Part shown: positions 48,533 to 57,885 of the stretch, in pieces
How the letters are laid out: each line of letters starts with the position of its first letter
How positions within the stretch are numbered: position 1 is the first letter of the stretch
The notes under the pieces: model-generated
Told to the model about the DNA's origin: nothing
Database searches by the model: none
The model's input: the letters and a program-made list of their open reading frames with translations, nothing else
Program-made: the position numbers and the translations under genes
Virus record (IMG/VR): IMGVR_UViG_3300044624_001347
Direction: 5' to 3' (one strand)
DNA: 64,000 bases
From: an uncultured virus (IMG/VR IMGVR_UViG_3300044624_001347)
Taxonomy: Duplodnaviria > Heunggongvirae > Uroviricota > Caudoviricetes

Positions 48533-49354
48533 TTAGCTCATCGGCCAGTTAGGCGGCGCGATGTAGTGGGCATGGCCCATGTGGGTCAGCACATACGGCT
48601 TGGGCGGCTTCTCGCCCGTCTGCACTTCCCACCAGACATGGTGAAGGTGCGAGAGGAACAGCTTCACCGCGTACCGCTTGGCTCGCGCATGAATGTGGGC
48701 AGGGGGCAGCATCTGCTGCTCGTAGAACTTCTTGGCCTGGGTATCAGCGCCAAACCGCTTCTTGCCCAGGATGGCGATGGCCTGCTCCGAGAACTCAAGC
48801 TTCTCGTTGCGAGCGGCCTCGATCTCCTTCCGCTCCTTGTAGACCTTGCCGTAGATGTCCTTCTCGTTTCCAGACACCTTCACGAAGCTCTCGCCAATCT
48901 TCCAGCACAGCGTCTTGAGGCGAGCGTTCCAAGGACGCTTCTGCCCCTTCTCCCAGGTCTGGGTCGGATCAAGACCGGCATAGCGCCAGATGTGGCCCAC
49001 GGTCGGAGCCTTGGTGATGTCGATGTGAGCCAGCAGACCAGCCGAGATGACGGGGCCAATGCCGACGATGGAGCGCGCCCAGGAGCCAACCTGATTGGAG
49101 CCGCTATACGCATCCAGCGCACGGGCCACTTGCTTCTCAAGAACCTCACGCTGATCCATCAGCCACGTCATCACATCGGCGGGCTCCCCGGATTCAGTCA
49201 GACTGCGATGCTGGTGGGCGGCGCGAATGCGGTCCTCCTGCATGGCGTAATAGGCGTCCACAAGGAAGCGCGCCTCGTCGCTCGACAGTGTGCGGGCGGC
49301 GCTCTTCAGGTCTTTGGTCAGCCGGATGACCGGCATCAGGTCTATGTCACTCAT
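48533..49354 (-). CDS. Nop/IS110-C-terminal-domain RNA-binding protein with no nuclease domain (TasA-like), 273 aa
   Basis: YYAMQEDRIRA coiled-coil; SIVGIGPVISAGLL...IWRYAGLDP; WNARLKTLCWKIGESFVK; YKERKE; HIHARAKRYAVKLFLSHL. Start MSDIDL after GGAGAG. No N-terminal DEDD RuvC visible. Confidence 0.85.
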   Translation of the reverse strand: MSDIDLMPVIRLTKDLKSAARTLSSDEARFLVDAYYAMQEDRIRAAHQHRSLTESGEPADVMTWLMDQREVLEKQVARALDAYSGSNQVGSWARSIVGIGPVISAGLLAHIDITKAPTVGHIWRYAGLDPTQTWEKGQKRPWNARLKTLCWKIGESFVKVSGNEKDIYGKVYKERKEIEAARNEKLEFSEQAIAILGKKRFGADTQAKKFYEQQMLPPAHIHARAKRYAVKLFLSHLHHVWWEVQTGEKPPKPYVLTHMGHAHYIAPPNWPMS

Positions 49355-49400
49355 TTGTTCTCTCCGTGGTTCTTGGTATGGGGGCTTTCGCCCCCACCCA

Positions 49401-49637
49401 TTAGCCCACCCGCCAGACGCGGATGTGCGTGTCGCTCTCCTGGGCCGCACGGAACGAGCCGTCGATCCCACAGTTGCGGATGAAGTTACGCATAGACGGC
49501 AGCTTGTACTCAACGCGGAAGCTGTCACCCACATTCATGGCATTCATGGTGGCGATCATGGCTTCACGCTTCTTCGACTTGCGGCCCATGTAGTTACGCG
49601 GAACAGGGACGCCTTTCTCAATCTCGAACATCAACAA
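49401..49637 (-). CDS. Small putative DNA-binding protein
   Basis: FEIEKGVPVP...MNVGDSF...IRVWRV. Confidence 0.7.
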   Translation of the reverse strand: MLMFEIEKGVPVPRNYMGRKSKKREAMIATMNAMNVGDSFRVEYKLPSMRNFIRNCGIDGSFRAAQESDTHIRVWRVG

Positions 49638-49787
49638 TCTCCGTAATTACTGCATAGACCTTGGCGTCGCCGCGTTCGGTCCAAACCGCTCCATGCAGAC
49701 CAACTTCGTCCCCGACCTTCCAATTCTGCCCATCAGCACGGGGCAGAACGTCAACTTCACGCATGATCTGTCCCGCATAGTGCGGGT

Positions 49788-50045
49788 TCATTGCTTTGAC
49801 CCGTGTCGCTTGCACCACTCCACCGGGTCCACACCCTTCAGGTCCCACCATGTCTTCTCATCCCCATAAGCATGCAGTTCTGTGTGATGGTCGGCGCACA
49901 AAGGAACGGCCCAATCATCACCACTCTTTCTGCCCATAGCCGAAGGCTCGGCAAACATTAGGTGGTGTGCCTGTGCCCATCTTTCGCAAATCAGACAGCC
50001 TTGCGTCCTGACCCACGTCAGATGCTTTGTGTTCTTAACCCTCAT
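49788..50045 (-). CDS. DUF968-like HNH/Zn-finger putative nuclease
   Basis: HLTWVRTQGCLIC...AHHL...MGRKSGDDWAVPLCADHHTELH. Confidence 0.8.
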   Translation of the reverse strand: MRVKNTKHLTWVRTQGCLICERWAQAHHLMFAEPSAMGRKSGDDWAVPLCADHHTELHAYGDEKTWWDLKGVDPVEWCKRHGSKQ

Positions 50046-50499
50046 TCAGCGTCTCGATAGGCTTGAGTGCATCCCTGGGGACGAAGTAGGCGGGCGGTCT
50101 GTTGTTCTTCGGATCAGTCAGCCACTTCTTTTCCTGGCCATCGTATCCCCACATCCAGCCAACGATCTCCAGTTCAGGCGCATCACCAGTCACAAGGACG
50201 TATCTGTGAAAGGGCGGGTCATCATCGGTCATGATGAGCCTGCCGTTCTTGTGTCTGGTGGTGCGAACCTGAACGTCGGGTTCGATGTCGGGGCCTTTGA
50301 ATGTGTTGAGGATGAACCCCGGATAGACGTTCAGGATTCTCGCAACAGCAAGCTCTCCAAAGGCCCCGAGAGTATGGAAGTCCAGGGAATACTCAGCCGC
50401 CAGCCCGCGAGTCGTCCTGCGGTTCTGGCCGTTCTCGTGCCTCTTCAGGCCGATTGTTTGGCCTATCGCAATCTCTAACTCGTCCAGGCGGATGAGCAT
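50035..50499 (-). CDS. Putative PD-(D/E)XK-like nuclease
   Basis: GAFGELAVA...PDI...VQVRTT...YVLV pattern. Confidence 0.5.
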   Translation of the reverse strand: MLIRLDELEIAIGQTIGLKRHENGQNRRTTRGLAAEYSLDFHTLGAFGELAVARILNVYPGFILNTFKGPDIEPDVQVRTTRHKNGRLIMTDDDPPFHRYVLVTGDAPELEIVGWMWGYDGQEKKWLTDPKNNRPPAYFVPRDALKPIETLNEG

Positions 50500-50507
50500 G
50501 ACCTACC

Positions 50508-50783
50508 TCAGAAGGGGATGTCGTCGTCAAAGACGTTCTTCTGGGCGGGCTTGGCGGGCTGCTTGTTCTCGGAAAGCTGGACCGAATAGAACTTGCCGCT
50601 CTTGCCTTCCTTGACCCAGGCAGCCATCCGCAGCTTCAGCGGCTCGTTCTTCTTGGCCAGTTCGACCAGAACCTTCAGCGTCTCCATGTTGATCTCAACG
50701 TCGCCGCTGAGGTCAGGAGCCTTCTCGTTGGTCTTATTGCGGTTGATGAAGAGCGCGCCGCCGTAATACTTCTTAGTTTCCAT
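50508..50783 (-). CDS. Putative ssDNA-binding protein (DUF736-like)
   Basis: GALFIN..K..EKAPDLSG...AAW...GKFYS; acidic DDDIPF tail. Confidence 0.75.
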   Translation of the reverse strand: METKKYYGGALFINRNKTNEKAPDLSGDVEINMETLKVLVELAKKNEPLKLRMAAWVKEGKSGKFYSVQLSENKQPAKPAQKNVFDDDIPF

Positions 50784-51444
50784 CGTTGGATTCCTTCTGG
50801 AGTTCTTCCTTCCGCTTGGTGAAAGCGGCGGTGACGCGCTTCAGCGCATCGGGGTTGTGTTCCTTGAGGAGGTTGCGTGCCTTGTAGTTCTCGGACCAGA
50901 AGAGCTTCAGGTCTTCGAGGCTGGCACAGATCGGGACAAACTCCAGAAAGACCTTCTCGGCCTGCTCCGTGTTGACCTCGGGGGCAGCATCCTTCTTGGG
51001 GCTGTCCGTGCCGATCCCGATGATATCAGCCGGGTTGGTCTCGTCAGCATCGCTGTCCTTCTCGCCAGTGGCGACGGAGAACAACTGACGCATGAACACC
51101 TTGTCCAAGTAGGACATGGCAGAGCCAACGGTCTGAGCGCCCTGGATCGGATGGATGATCGTGAGGGTGCTGAACTTCGGAATGTAGTCGCCCTTCTCGT
51201 GCATCAGCGCCACGTCGTAGGTGGCCTTGATGACGCCAGTCTTCCCCACGTCAGCCATCACCTCGAAGGCAGTCTCAGAGGCGATCCAAGACAGGCCGTT
51301 CTTGGCTGCGGTCGTGGCAACCTTCTCATAGTAGGTGTCGATGGACACGTACTTGTACCGCCCGTGCGGGTTCATGGCAGACTTGCCCAGGCTGCCGACC
51401 TGTTCGCGTGTGGCGATGATCGCCTTGATCGTCTCAGGTTTCAT
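50773..51444 (-). CDS. ERF-family ssDNA-annealing protein
   Basis: KSAMNPHGRYKYVS...AQTVGSAMSY...F.VATGE.D.D. Confidence 0.8.
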   Translation of the reverse strand: MKPETIKAIIATREQVGSLGKSAMNPHGRYKYVSIDTYYEKVATTAAKNGLSWIASETAFEVMADVGKTGVIKATYDVALMHEKGDYIPKFSTLTIIHPIQGAQTVGSAMSYLDKVFMRQLFSVATGEKDSDADETNPADIIGIGTDSPKKDAAPEVNTEQAEKVFLEFVPICASLEDLKLFWSENYKARNLLKEHNPDALKRVTAAFTKRKEELQKESNDGN

Positions 51445-51472
51445 TCGTCTCTCCTTCAGTGCGCCTAACCTA

Positions 51473-51838
51473 TCAGCTTTCGATGAGTGCCGCAAGCCTA
51501 GGAGGCGTCCATCCTTCAGGCTTCAAGATTTTTCCATCGGCGCGCTTTTTCACAAAGCCGGTCTCAGGATCAACCTTTGCCATATTAGACCGGATCACTT
51601 CTCTCCATCCAGCCTCAAGCGGAAGACCGGCAGAGTGTCCTGCCCCAATGCACACGACGATGATGTCGAGAAGTGCGTCAAAAATCTCTGCCTTGTTTCT
51701 CTCTGCGACAGCCTCGAAGAGTTCCGTCATCTCTTCCATGATGAGACCGACATAGAGCGCGGTCTGCTCTTCGTTCATCCTGCCGACCGTCTGGCCGCAG
51801 GCCAGCATGAACTTGGCCTGTTCTTCAAACACGTTCAT
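51473..51838 (-). CDS. MazG/PRA-PH-like nucleotide pyrophosphohydrolase
   Basis: LIMEEMTEL...EIFDALLDIIVV...EVIRSNMAK...DGKILKP. Confidence 0.85.
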   Translation of the reverse strand: MNVFEEQAKFMLACGQTVGRMNEEQTALYVGLIMEEMTELFEAVAERNKAEIFDALLDIIVVCIGAGHSAGLPLEAGWREVIRSNMAKVDPETGFVKKRADGKILKPEGWTPPRLAALIES

Positions 51839-52092
51839 TAGGAAGTAAGCTCCTTCACCGTCCACATAATGCTCTCTTCAAGGGCAGTGATGCCAAGGGA
51901 GCGATAGCGCCCAGGCTTCACCTGTTCGATCAAAGCCTCAAGCTCGGAAGCCTTCGACTTGATGGCATCGTGCAAAGCCTTTTCGCTGTCGGTAAGCGCC
52001 CGGTAACGGGGCCTAAAGCGGCTCACAGGCTCACTCACGTCGCTCGACTGCCGCCCATCGGGGGCGCCATCAAAGACATGGCTCATAGTCAA
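51838..52092 (-). CDS. Acb2/Tad1-like helical-hairpin protein (candidate nucleotide sponge)
   Basis: YRALTDSEK...IKSKASELEALI...PGRYRSLGITALEESIMWTVK. Confidence 0.65.
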   Translation of the reverse strand: MTMSHVFDGAPDGRQSSDVSEPVSRFRPRYRALTDSEKALHDAIKSKASELEALIEQVKPGRYRSLGITALEESIMWTVKELTS

Positions 52093-54410
52093 ACTCCCTT
52101 CTTCCTCGTCAGCTTGCCCAGCATGATCTCCCCACCGGGCGACAGGGGAACCTTCTCCACCGACAGCACATGGTCTGGCAGGAGGTCGTCAATGTTCTGC
52201 AACTCATGAACGGGGAGGGTGAAGGACCACCGATCCCCGATCCTCGTGGCGAACTTCTTGAAGTCCGTCTCGCTGAAGTCAGCCAAGCAGTTGGCCGTCT
52301 CGTGTTCGCTCATCCTTCTTCCTTTCTCGTCGGGGCAGGAGTTTCCACCGCCCTCATCGCCTTCATCACAGACCTGTAGTCGGCCATTGCCCTCTCTGCC
52401 GCAGCCTCAAGCTGCACTCGTGCTGCCTCAAAGCCAGCGCGCCAGCCCTCAGCAAAGTCGGTAGTGATGCGCTCGTTCTTCATCGGCACTCCCCAGGGTT
52501 TCGCACAGGGCCTGTCGCACTTGGCATTGTCGCCATGCGGATCGCACTCGCAGTGATAGACGCCATCAGTCATCGTCCCCCTCCACCACCTGCCTTGCGG
52601 TCACGAGGTGGTCGATCATCTCATCAATCAGCCTTGAGGCGTATGTCGCGCCCTTCACCTCAGCCTCGTCGGCCAGCGTCTTCAACGCGCCCATCGCCTC
52701 ATCGAACAGGCGGAAGAGCCGGTCATAGTCACTCATTTCCTTTCTCCCTAAGCGCATCTAGCGCCGTCTGAATTGCCATCTCGTGCCGATCCCCATCGGG
52801 GCTGACGATGGTGTCGTAGTCTGCTGAGTGAGCGATCTTCTCCAGTGCTGCCCGGAGACGAGCAACTTCCTTCTCTGCCTCAGCGACGGCCTTCAGTTGG
52901 AAGACGCCCTTCGACACCTCGACAAGGATGTTCTCCTTGATCGTTGGGGCAGAACCCCGAGTGACGTGGGCGCTGCGTTCGGCGGCGGCGTTGTTCTGCT
53001 CACTCACCCTTCACCTCCCTCAGTTCTGCCTTCAGCTTCCAAATGTCATCCATATCCCGGAAATATCTGCGGCGTTCGGATCGGTGGACCTCACCGTTGA
53101 TGACGTACTCCGAAGCCACAAATGCCTCAGCATCCTCAAGCACGCTCTCAACCAACTCGCGGCTGACAGTCACCTTGCCATCCTGCTGTCGGAGAGCGGC
53201 AGCATGTTCCATGTTCGTGGCTGTCAGGTGCTGGACTTTCTCGATCCAGGGCAGGATGTCAGTTTGCGCCGTGCTGAGGTCACGAGCGAGACGAGCGCAC
53301 ACCTGACGCAGCAGCTTGATCTCATTGGCGGCTTCATCAAGCGTGCGACCGCACTCCGGGCGCATCTCTTCTCGCCATCCTTCGGCCTCTGCCAAGAGCC
53401 GATCTACGATATCATCAGCCATCGCTACTGCCCCTCAGTCCCAGGCCAAGCGCCGCCGACATGAAGCAGCGCCAGCTTCGTCTTCTCGATCCACCAGAGA
53501 ATGTCACCGCCGTCTGGTTCGCTGCTGGCGAAATACGGAGACTCGTCTTGGTTCATGCCGATGACGATGCACATCTTGAGATCGGCCTTCATGGCCTGCT
53601 CAAGGATGCGCCCCACCGGGACGGGAAGGGTGGAGATCACGGGCAGGATGACCACGTTGTCGTCAGACATAGCCGGTCCTCTTCAGAGCCCTGATGGCGT
53701 CCATCATCTCTTGATCGCGGTTCATGATCTCGGTGAACGTGAGACCGTCTTCATTCACGGGCCTGTCTGCAATGACTTCCCATGCTTCATCGAGCGCAAG
53801 GATGCGTGCGTTCAGGATCATCTTACTGATGGCGGTCGCCTGCTCGGCGTTCACCACCATGCCGGTGGCCGCGTAAATCTCGTCGGCCCATTCTTCTGCG
53901 TTCATGCCTAAACTCCCGAAGACGTGACGTTGACGTGAGACTTACGAGGACATGCCGGGTTCTCGCATTCCTTGTTCGCGCCCGGCGGGCAGATGCAACC
54001 AACGGGCTGCATCACGCCATGAAAGAACGGCATCTGCGGCGTCAGCATCTGCGGCACCAGCGGAAACTGGTGATTCTGAGCCGCATACTTCCACGTCGCG
54101 CTTGCGACGCCCTGATGGTAGGCTTGCCGCACATCCTCAGCAGAAATGCCCCTCAGAAGGCAGGGCTGACGAGAGCAAGTCTGTCCGCTGTAAAGTCCGC
54201 AAGAGCAGACCGGCTTCTCATCAAGGCCCGTCACTGCCGCACCGCCAGGGCGCAAGCCACGCTGTCAGGATTGACGCACGCGGCATGCCGCAGTGATGCT
54301 TTGTGGTTGCTGTCGTTCCAGATCAAAACCCCGGAGCCAACAACAAAGACTCCCACCAAGCAGATGACGGCAATCCACACCTTGTTCTCGCCGTTCATCA
54401 CTCTTCCCCC
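52089..54410 (-). other. Run of about 9 small coupled hypothetical genes (e.g. 52089-52313, 52729-53007, 53000-53422, 53425-53670, 53663-53905)
   Basis: Tightly overlapping - strand ORFs, many with RBS; 53000-53422 begins MADDIVDRL...EAANEI like the early cassette family. Confidence 0.6.
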
Positions 54411-54625
54411 TTCTTAATAGACCTGACCCGGTATCGGACAACACGAACCAGACCAAGCGCATCCAAGATGGACTGACCCGGCTCACGTCGCGCGTTCAAT
54501 ACGTCGCAGACGTAGGCCGCTGACAGGCTGTGCTTCTCAGCGAAAGCTTTCTGACTCCCTGCATTCTTGCAGGCAGCAGAGAGGCGGCGACACACCTCGA
54601 CCGAATCCAGATAGATGCCGCTCAT
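54398..54625 (-). CDS. Cro/XRE-like HTH protein
   Basis: SQKAFAEKHSLSAAYVCDVLNARREP; GGAGG RBS. Confidence 0.75.
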   Translation of the reverse strand: MSGIYLDSVEVCRRLSAACKNAGSQKAFAEKHSLSAAYVCDVLNARREPGQSILDALGLVRVVRYRVRSIKKGEE

Positions 54626-54823
54626 CGCCGTACCTCCAAAGCGCAAACCACCCTATTGGGATTGATGCACTGAATGTTTCTGAGTTCAGCCGCGTTGTAG
54701 GCTTCGTATGAAAGCAGCGCGCCGAAGATCGCGGTCAGCATGGCAACGGCCACCAGCGCCGCGATCCAAAGCTTTCTGTCGCTGCCCATCACCAGAAGCC
54801 CGTCAGCGCCCCAAGAACATCGC

Positions 54824-55285
54824 TCACTTGCCGGTCTCCTTCTTGGCAAACTTTTCCATACGAACTCGCCATGCGTGACGAGCGCGATCTCGTGCCGCCT
54901 CAAGGGCCTCGGCGCTCTTGTACCAATGGTGCTTAACCGGCGTCTTCTTGGTCAGGGGAGGCAGCAATCCTTCCTCAACCATCGTGGCGCGACGCAGACC
55001 AACGATCCTGCGAGACAGACCAACCTGAAGGGCGATGTCATTCACAGGGCGACCACGAAGAAGCATGTCGTCAACCTCTTCCATCTTGGTCGGCTTGCGC
55101 CGCTTGTGTTCGATCTTCTCCTTGGCGGTCGTCAACCAAGGCTTTTCGTTTTCGCTCTTCACCCCGAGAAGGGAAGACAGCGCATCCTCGTCCACGACAT
55201 AGACGTTGCCGTTCTCATGCAGGACAAGGAACTCTCCTGCCTTTGCTCGAACGTCGTTGTTCAACTTCAACATGCTCTTAATCAC
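54824..55285 (-). CDS. Hypothetical protein with HTH-like segment
   Basis: GRPVNDIALQVGLSRRIV. Confidence 0.55.
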   Translation of the reverse strand: MIKSMLKLNNDVRAKAGEFLVLHENGNVYVVDEDALSSLLGVKSENEKPWLTTAKEKIEHKRRKPTKMEEVDDMLLRGRPVNDIALQVGLSRRIVGLRRATMVEEGLLPPLTKKTPVKHHWYKSAEALEAARDRARHAWRVRMEKFAKKETGK

Positions 55286-55518
55286 TTGTCTCTCCTATTC
55301 AGCCGGGACCGTTCGGCCCCTTCTTTCTGCTTGGTTGTGGAACTTGGCATCGGCCAGGGCGAGCCGCTTTCCGACATGATCGCCAAGGGATGCGTGATGC
55401 TTTGCTTCAGAGAGAGCCAAGGCGCGCATGGCGCGCTGGTTGTTTCCTTCTGATGCTGCCCGTCTCGCATAGTCAGCGAGCTTCGTTGACGTGAGAAAAA
55501 GACAGAGTTGGTGGTCTC

Positions 55519-55929
55519 TCATGCCACTCTCCCAGAAACTTGGATCATCGGGCACGCCCAGTGAGGGAGCTTGATGACAAGCCAGCCGTCCTCAACAGAC
55601 CAACGCACATCTTGCGCTGGCTTGCTCTCCTTCAGATTCACGTCATCGAAGGGAGCGGCAATGCTGCATCCGCCGGTCCTCCAAGTTGCGTGCCTGCATT
55701 CATGAGCAAGCGCGTCCTCCGGAGCCATGCGAATCCGAAGCTTGCCTGCCATCCGGTTGCGCTCAACGAGAACCTTTCTGTTGCCCTTCGGGCCGAGTGC
55801 GATTTCGGCGGCGACCTTCTTGGTCATGGAGATCGCAAGAGCCGGGTTCTTCCTGCCGTTCGGCACGCGCCAAGCGACGGTCACTCCGTTGTTCCTGTTG
55901 GCTGATGTCTCAATACGTTCCCAGGTCAT
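55519..55929 (-). CDS. Hypothetical protein
   Basis: 136-aa ORF coupled to its neighbours. Confidence 0.6.
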   Translation of the reverse strand: MTWERIETSANRNNGVTVAWRVPNGRKNPALAISMTKKVAAEIALGPKGNRKVLVERNRMAGKLRIRMAPEDALAHECRHATWRTGGCSIAAPFDDVNLKESKPAQDVRWSVEDGWLVIKLPHWACPMIQVSGRVA

Positions 55930-56153
55930 GCTGCCCTATTGCGAATGGAGTTGCGGACTTGGCTTCGGAAGTTGAGAGCGGATCGCTTATCAGACGGACT
56001 GGCTGAGACAGTCATGGTCCATCCCTTTCCATCAACTTCGTAGAGTAACTTGTGGTGCTTCCTTCCAAGCTCGATCTGCCAGGGGATTCCAGCATCATCG
56101 AGGTCTTGGACGGCAAGAGCGATGTACTCTCTGACTTGCTTGGTGATCTTCAT
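55926..56153 (-). CDS. HicA-like small protein
   Basis: WQIELGRKHHKL...TVSASPSDKRSALNFRSQVR. Confidence 0.5.
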   Translation of the reverse strand: MKITKQVREYIALAVQDLDDAGIPWQIELGRKHHKLLYEVDGKGWTMTVSASPSDKRSALNFRSQVRNSIRNRAA

Positions 56154-56246
56154 TGGAAGAGCCAGCGGATAATCACGCCAGCAGCCAAGCTGCCGAAGAA
56201 ACCACCAAGGAAGATCAGGAGCAGGGCAACAGCGGCGGCTCCCCAG

Positions 56247-57131
56247 TCACGCCTTGAGCCGTGCGTATTGGTCGCACCAGCGCGCGACCTGACAGTAGCT
56301 ATCGCAGCGCGTGTTCTCTCCAGGGCGCTCTTCAATGTAGCCCTTATTTTCTCTCGCATATTCTTCGGCCTCTTCTCTCTCGTGCGTGTTGAACAACCTC
56401 AGCGCCCGGACGCGGCCTTCTTTCATCACGGCCAGCTTACCGGGTCTGAACCAACGTTCTTCGTCGGTGCATTCAGGCATTGGCTCACCCCAGTCGAAGC
56501 GGCGTTCCGCATCCTGATGAAGAGCCATACGCTCAGTGACGTATCGCTCGCGTTCAGCGAACGACCAGAGTGTTTGGGGCAGAACAACAAGAGGGACGGC
56601 AGGATAACCCTCGCGCCGCTCGGCCTCGTGCTTGTTCCAGTCGCGGACGACAGCGTTGATCGTCAGGCCAACTACCGTCCAGCCACGAAGCTTCTCAGCA
56701 AGGTAGGCATAGCAATTAAGCTGACGTTCCCAGTCGGGCTTTGGGTTCATGACAGCCCATGCCGTCGTCATCTTGTAGTCGGAGATGGCAACCTGACGTT
56801 CGCCATCGGCGCCCGTGCCCAGGATTTGCAGATCAATGCCGCCGCTTAGGCGCCAGCCTGCAACCTCAGTGAACAGGCGCTCCTCTGCAACGTGCTGCTC
56901 ATCGGCGCCCTGCTCCACGACATTGTGGAGGGCGCGACCCAGCAGCGGCCACAGGAGTTCAGAGACATCAGTGACGATCTCCTTCCGCTTCTCACTACGG
57001 AGGATGCGAATACGAGGAGAGCCGATAAGCTCGGTCACTGAGATGTTCGCATTGCCCCGGCTATAGGTGTCTCGCAGTGCGAGATTGACCAGCGTCTGCG
57101 GTAGGTTGTGGTTGTTGGTGATGTTCGCCAT
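56247..57131 (-). CDS. Cas4-like PD-(D/E)XK exonuclease
   Basis: ISVTELI...GRALH...LSGGIDL...ISDYK...QLNCY; C-terminal RCDSYCQVARWC. Confidence 0.85.
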   Translation of the reverse strand: MANITNNHNLPQTLVNLALRDTYSRGNANISVTELIGSPRIRILRSEKRKEIVTDVSELLWPLLGRALHNVVEQGADEQHVAEERLFTEVAGWRLSGGIDLQILGTGADGERQVAISDYKMTTAWAVMNPKPDWERQLNCYAYLAEKLRGWTVVGLTINAVVRDWNKHEAERREGYPAVPLVVLPQTLWSFAERERYVTERMALHQDAERRFDWGEPMPECTDEERWFRPGKLAVMKEGRVRALRLFNTHEREEAEEYARENKGYIEERPGENTRCDSYCQVARWCDQYARLKA

Positions 57132-57138
57132 GCACTCT

Positions 57139-57242
57139 AAGATACATGTATTCTGCCCCAGATCAACTGGGTATCGTTGACTTAGGCATAAAAAAGTTGG
57201 GCGATGAGTGCGCTTGATTAGGCACAATATGTTGCGCATGAT
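57139..57242. promoter_or_regulatory. Divergent promoter pair, probably leaderless
   Basis: - strand TTGATC-16-TATCTT, 7 nt before the exonuclease ATG; + strand TTGATT-17-CATGAT, 6 nt before the rusA ATG. Confidence 0.5.
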
Positions 57243-57248
57243 TGGGCC

Positions 57249-57644
57249 ATGAAGCCCGTGCATCTTGTGGTCTATGGCGAGCCAGCCAGTAAGGCCAACA
57301 GTCGCAAGCTTGTGCTGTTCGGCAACCGGCCTGCCTCCATCAAGTCGGACAAAGCTCGCGGCTATGCCCGTGACTTTCTGTTACAGGTGCGGCCACTCGA
57401 CCCCTTGCTTGAGGGCGAGCTACGGATGGACCTCTGGATTTACTATGCCAGCCAGCGCCCCGATCTAGACGAAAGCCTTATCCTCGATCTGCTCCAGGGC
57501 AAGGTCTACAAGAATGACAGACAGGTCCGGGAGCGCCATGTCTATCACTGCATAGACAAGGCCAACCCACGGATTGAGGTCATCATCCAGCACCGCGATC
57601 CATTGTTCGCTGTGGCAGAACTTCAAAGGCTGAAGGGGAAGTAG
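57249..57644 (+). CDS. rusA: RusA-like Holliday junction resolvase
   Basis: GEPASKANSR...RPDLD...ILDLLQG..YKNDRQV...NPRIEV. Confidence 0.88.
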   Translation: MKPVHLVVYGEPASKANSRKLVLFGNRPASIKSDKARGYARDFLLQVRPLDPLLEGELRMDLWIYYASQRPDLDESLILDLLQGKVYKNDRQVRERHVYHCIDKANPRIEVIIQHRDPLFAVAELQRLKGK

Positions 57645-57885
57645 GTCAAACGAAAAGCGACCCGTACACCATGAGGTGCAGAGGGGTCGCCCGTAATGTC
57701 TGCATCGTATTCGGCTGAGGGAAGTAGGCCAAGGCTCACGCTTTGCCTTGGCTGCCTGGGATTACGAGGTCGGGGGACCTACCCAAGCTTGACGGGTCCA
57801 TTGGTCCCGGAGCAAAGGCAACATAGTGTGCATCGAAGCCTAGTGCAACACAAAACTTTGCGGCCAACGGTGAGGCTAACCGTTG

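Noticed and set aside
48533..49534. IS110 transposase / insertion sequence, and the 333-aa ORF start
   Set aside because: No N-terminal DEDD RuvC domain is visible. The extra 60 codons overlap another gene, and the RBS-supported start is at 49354.
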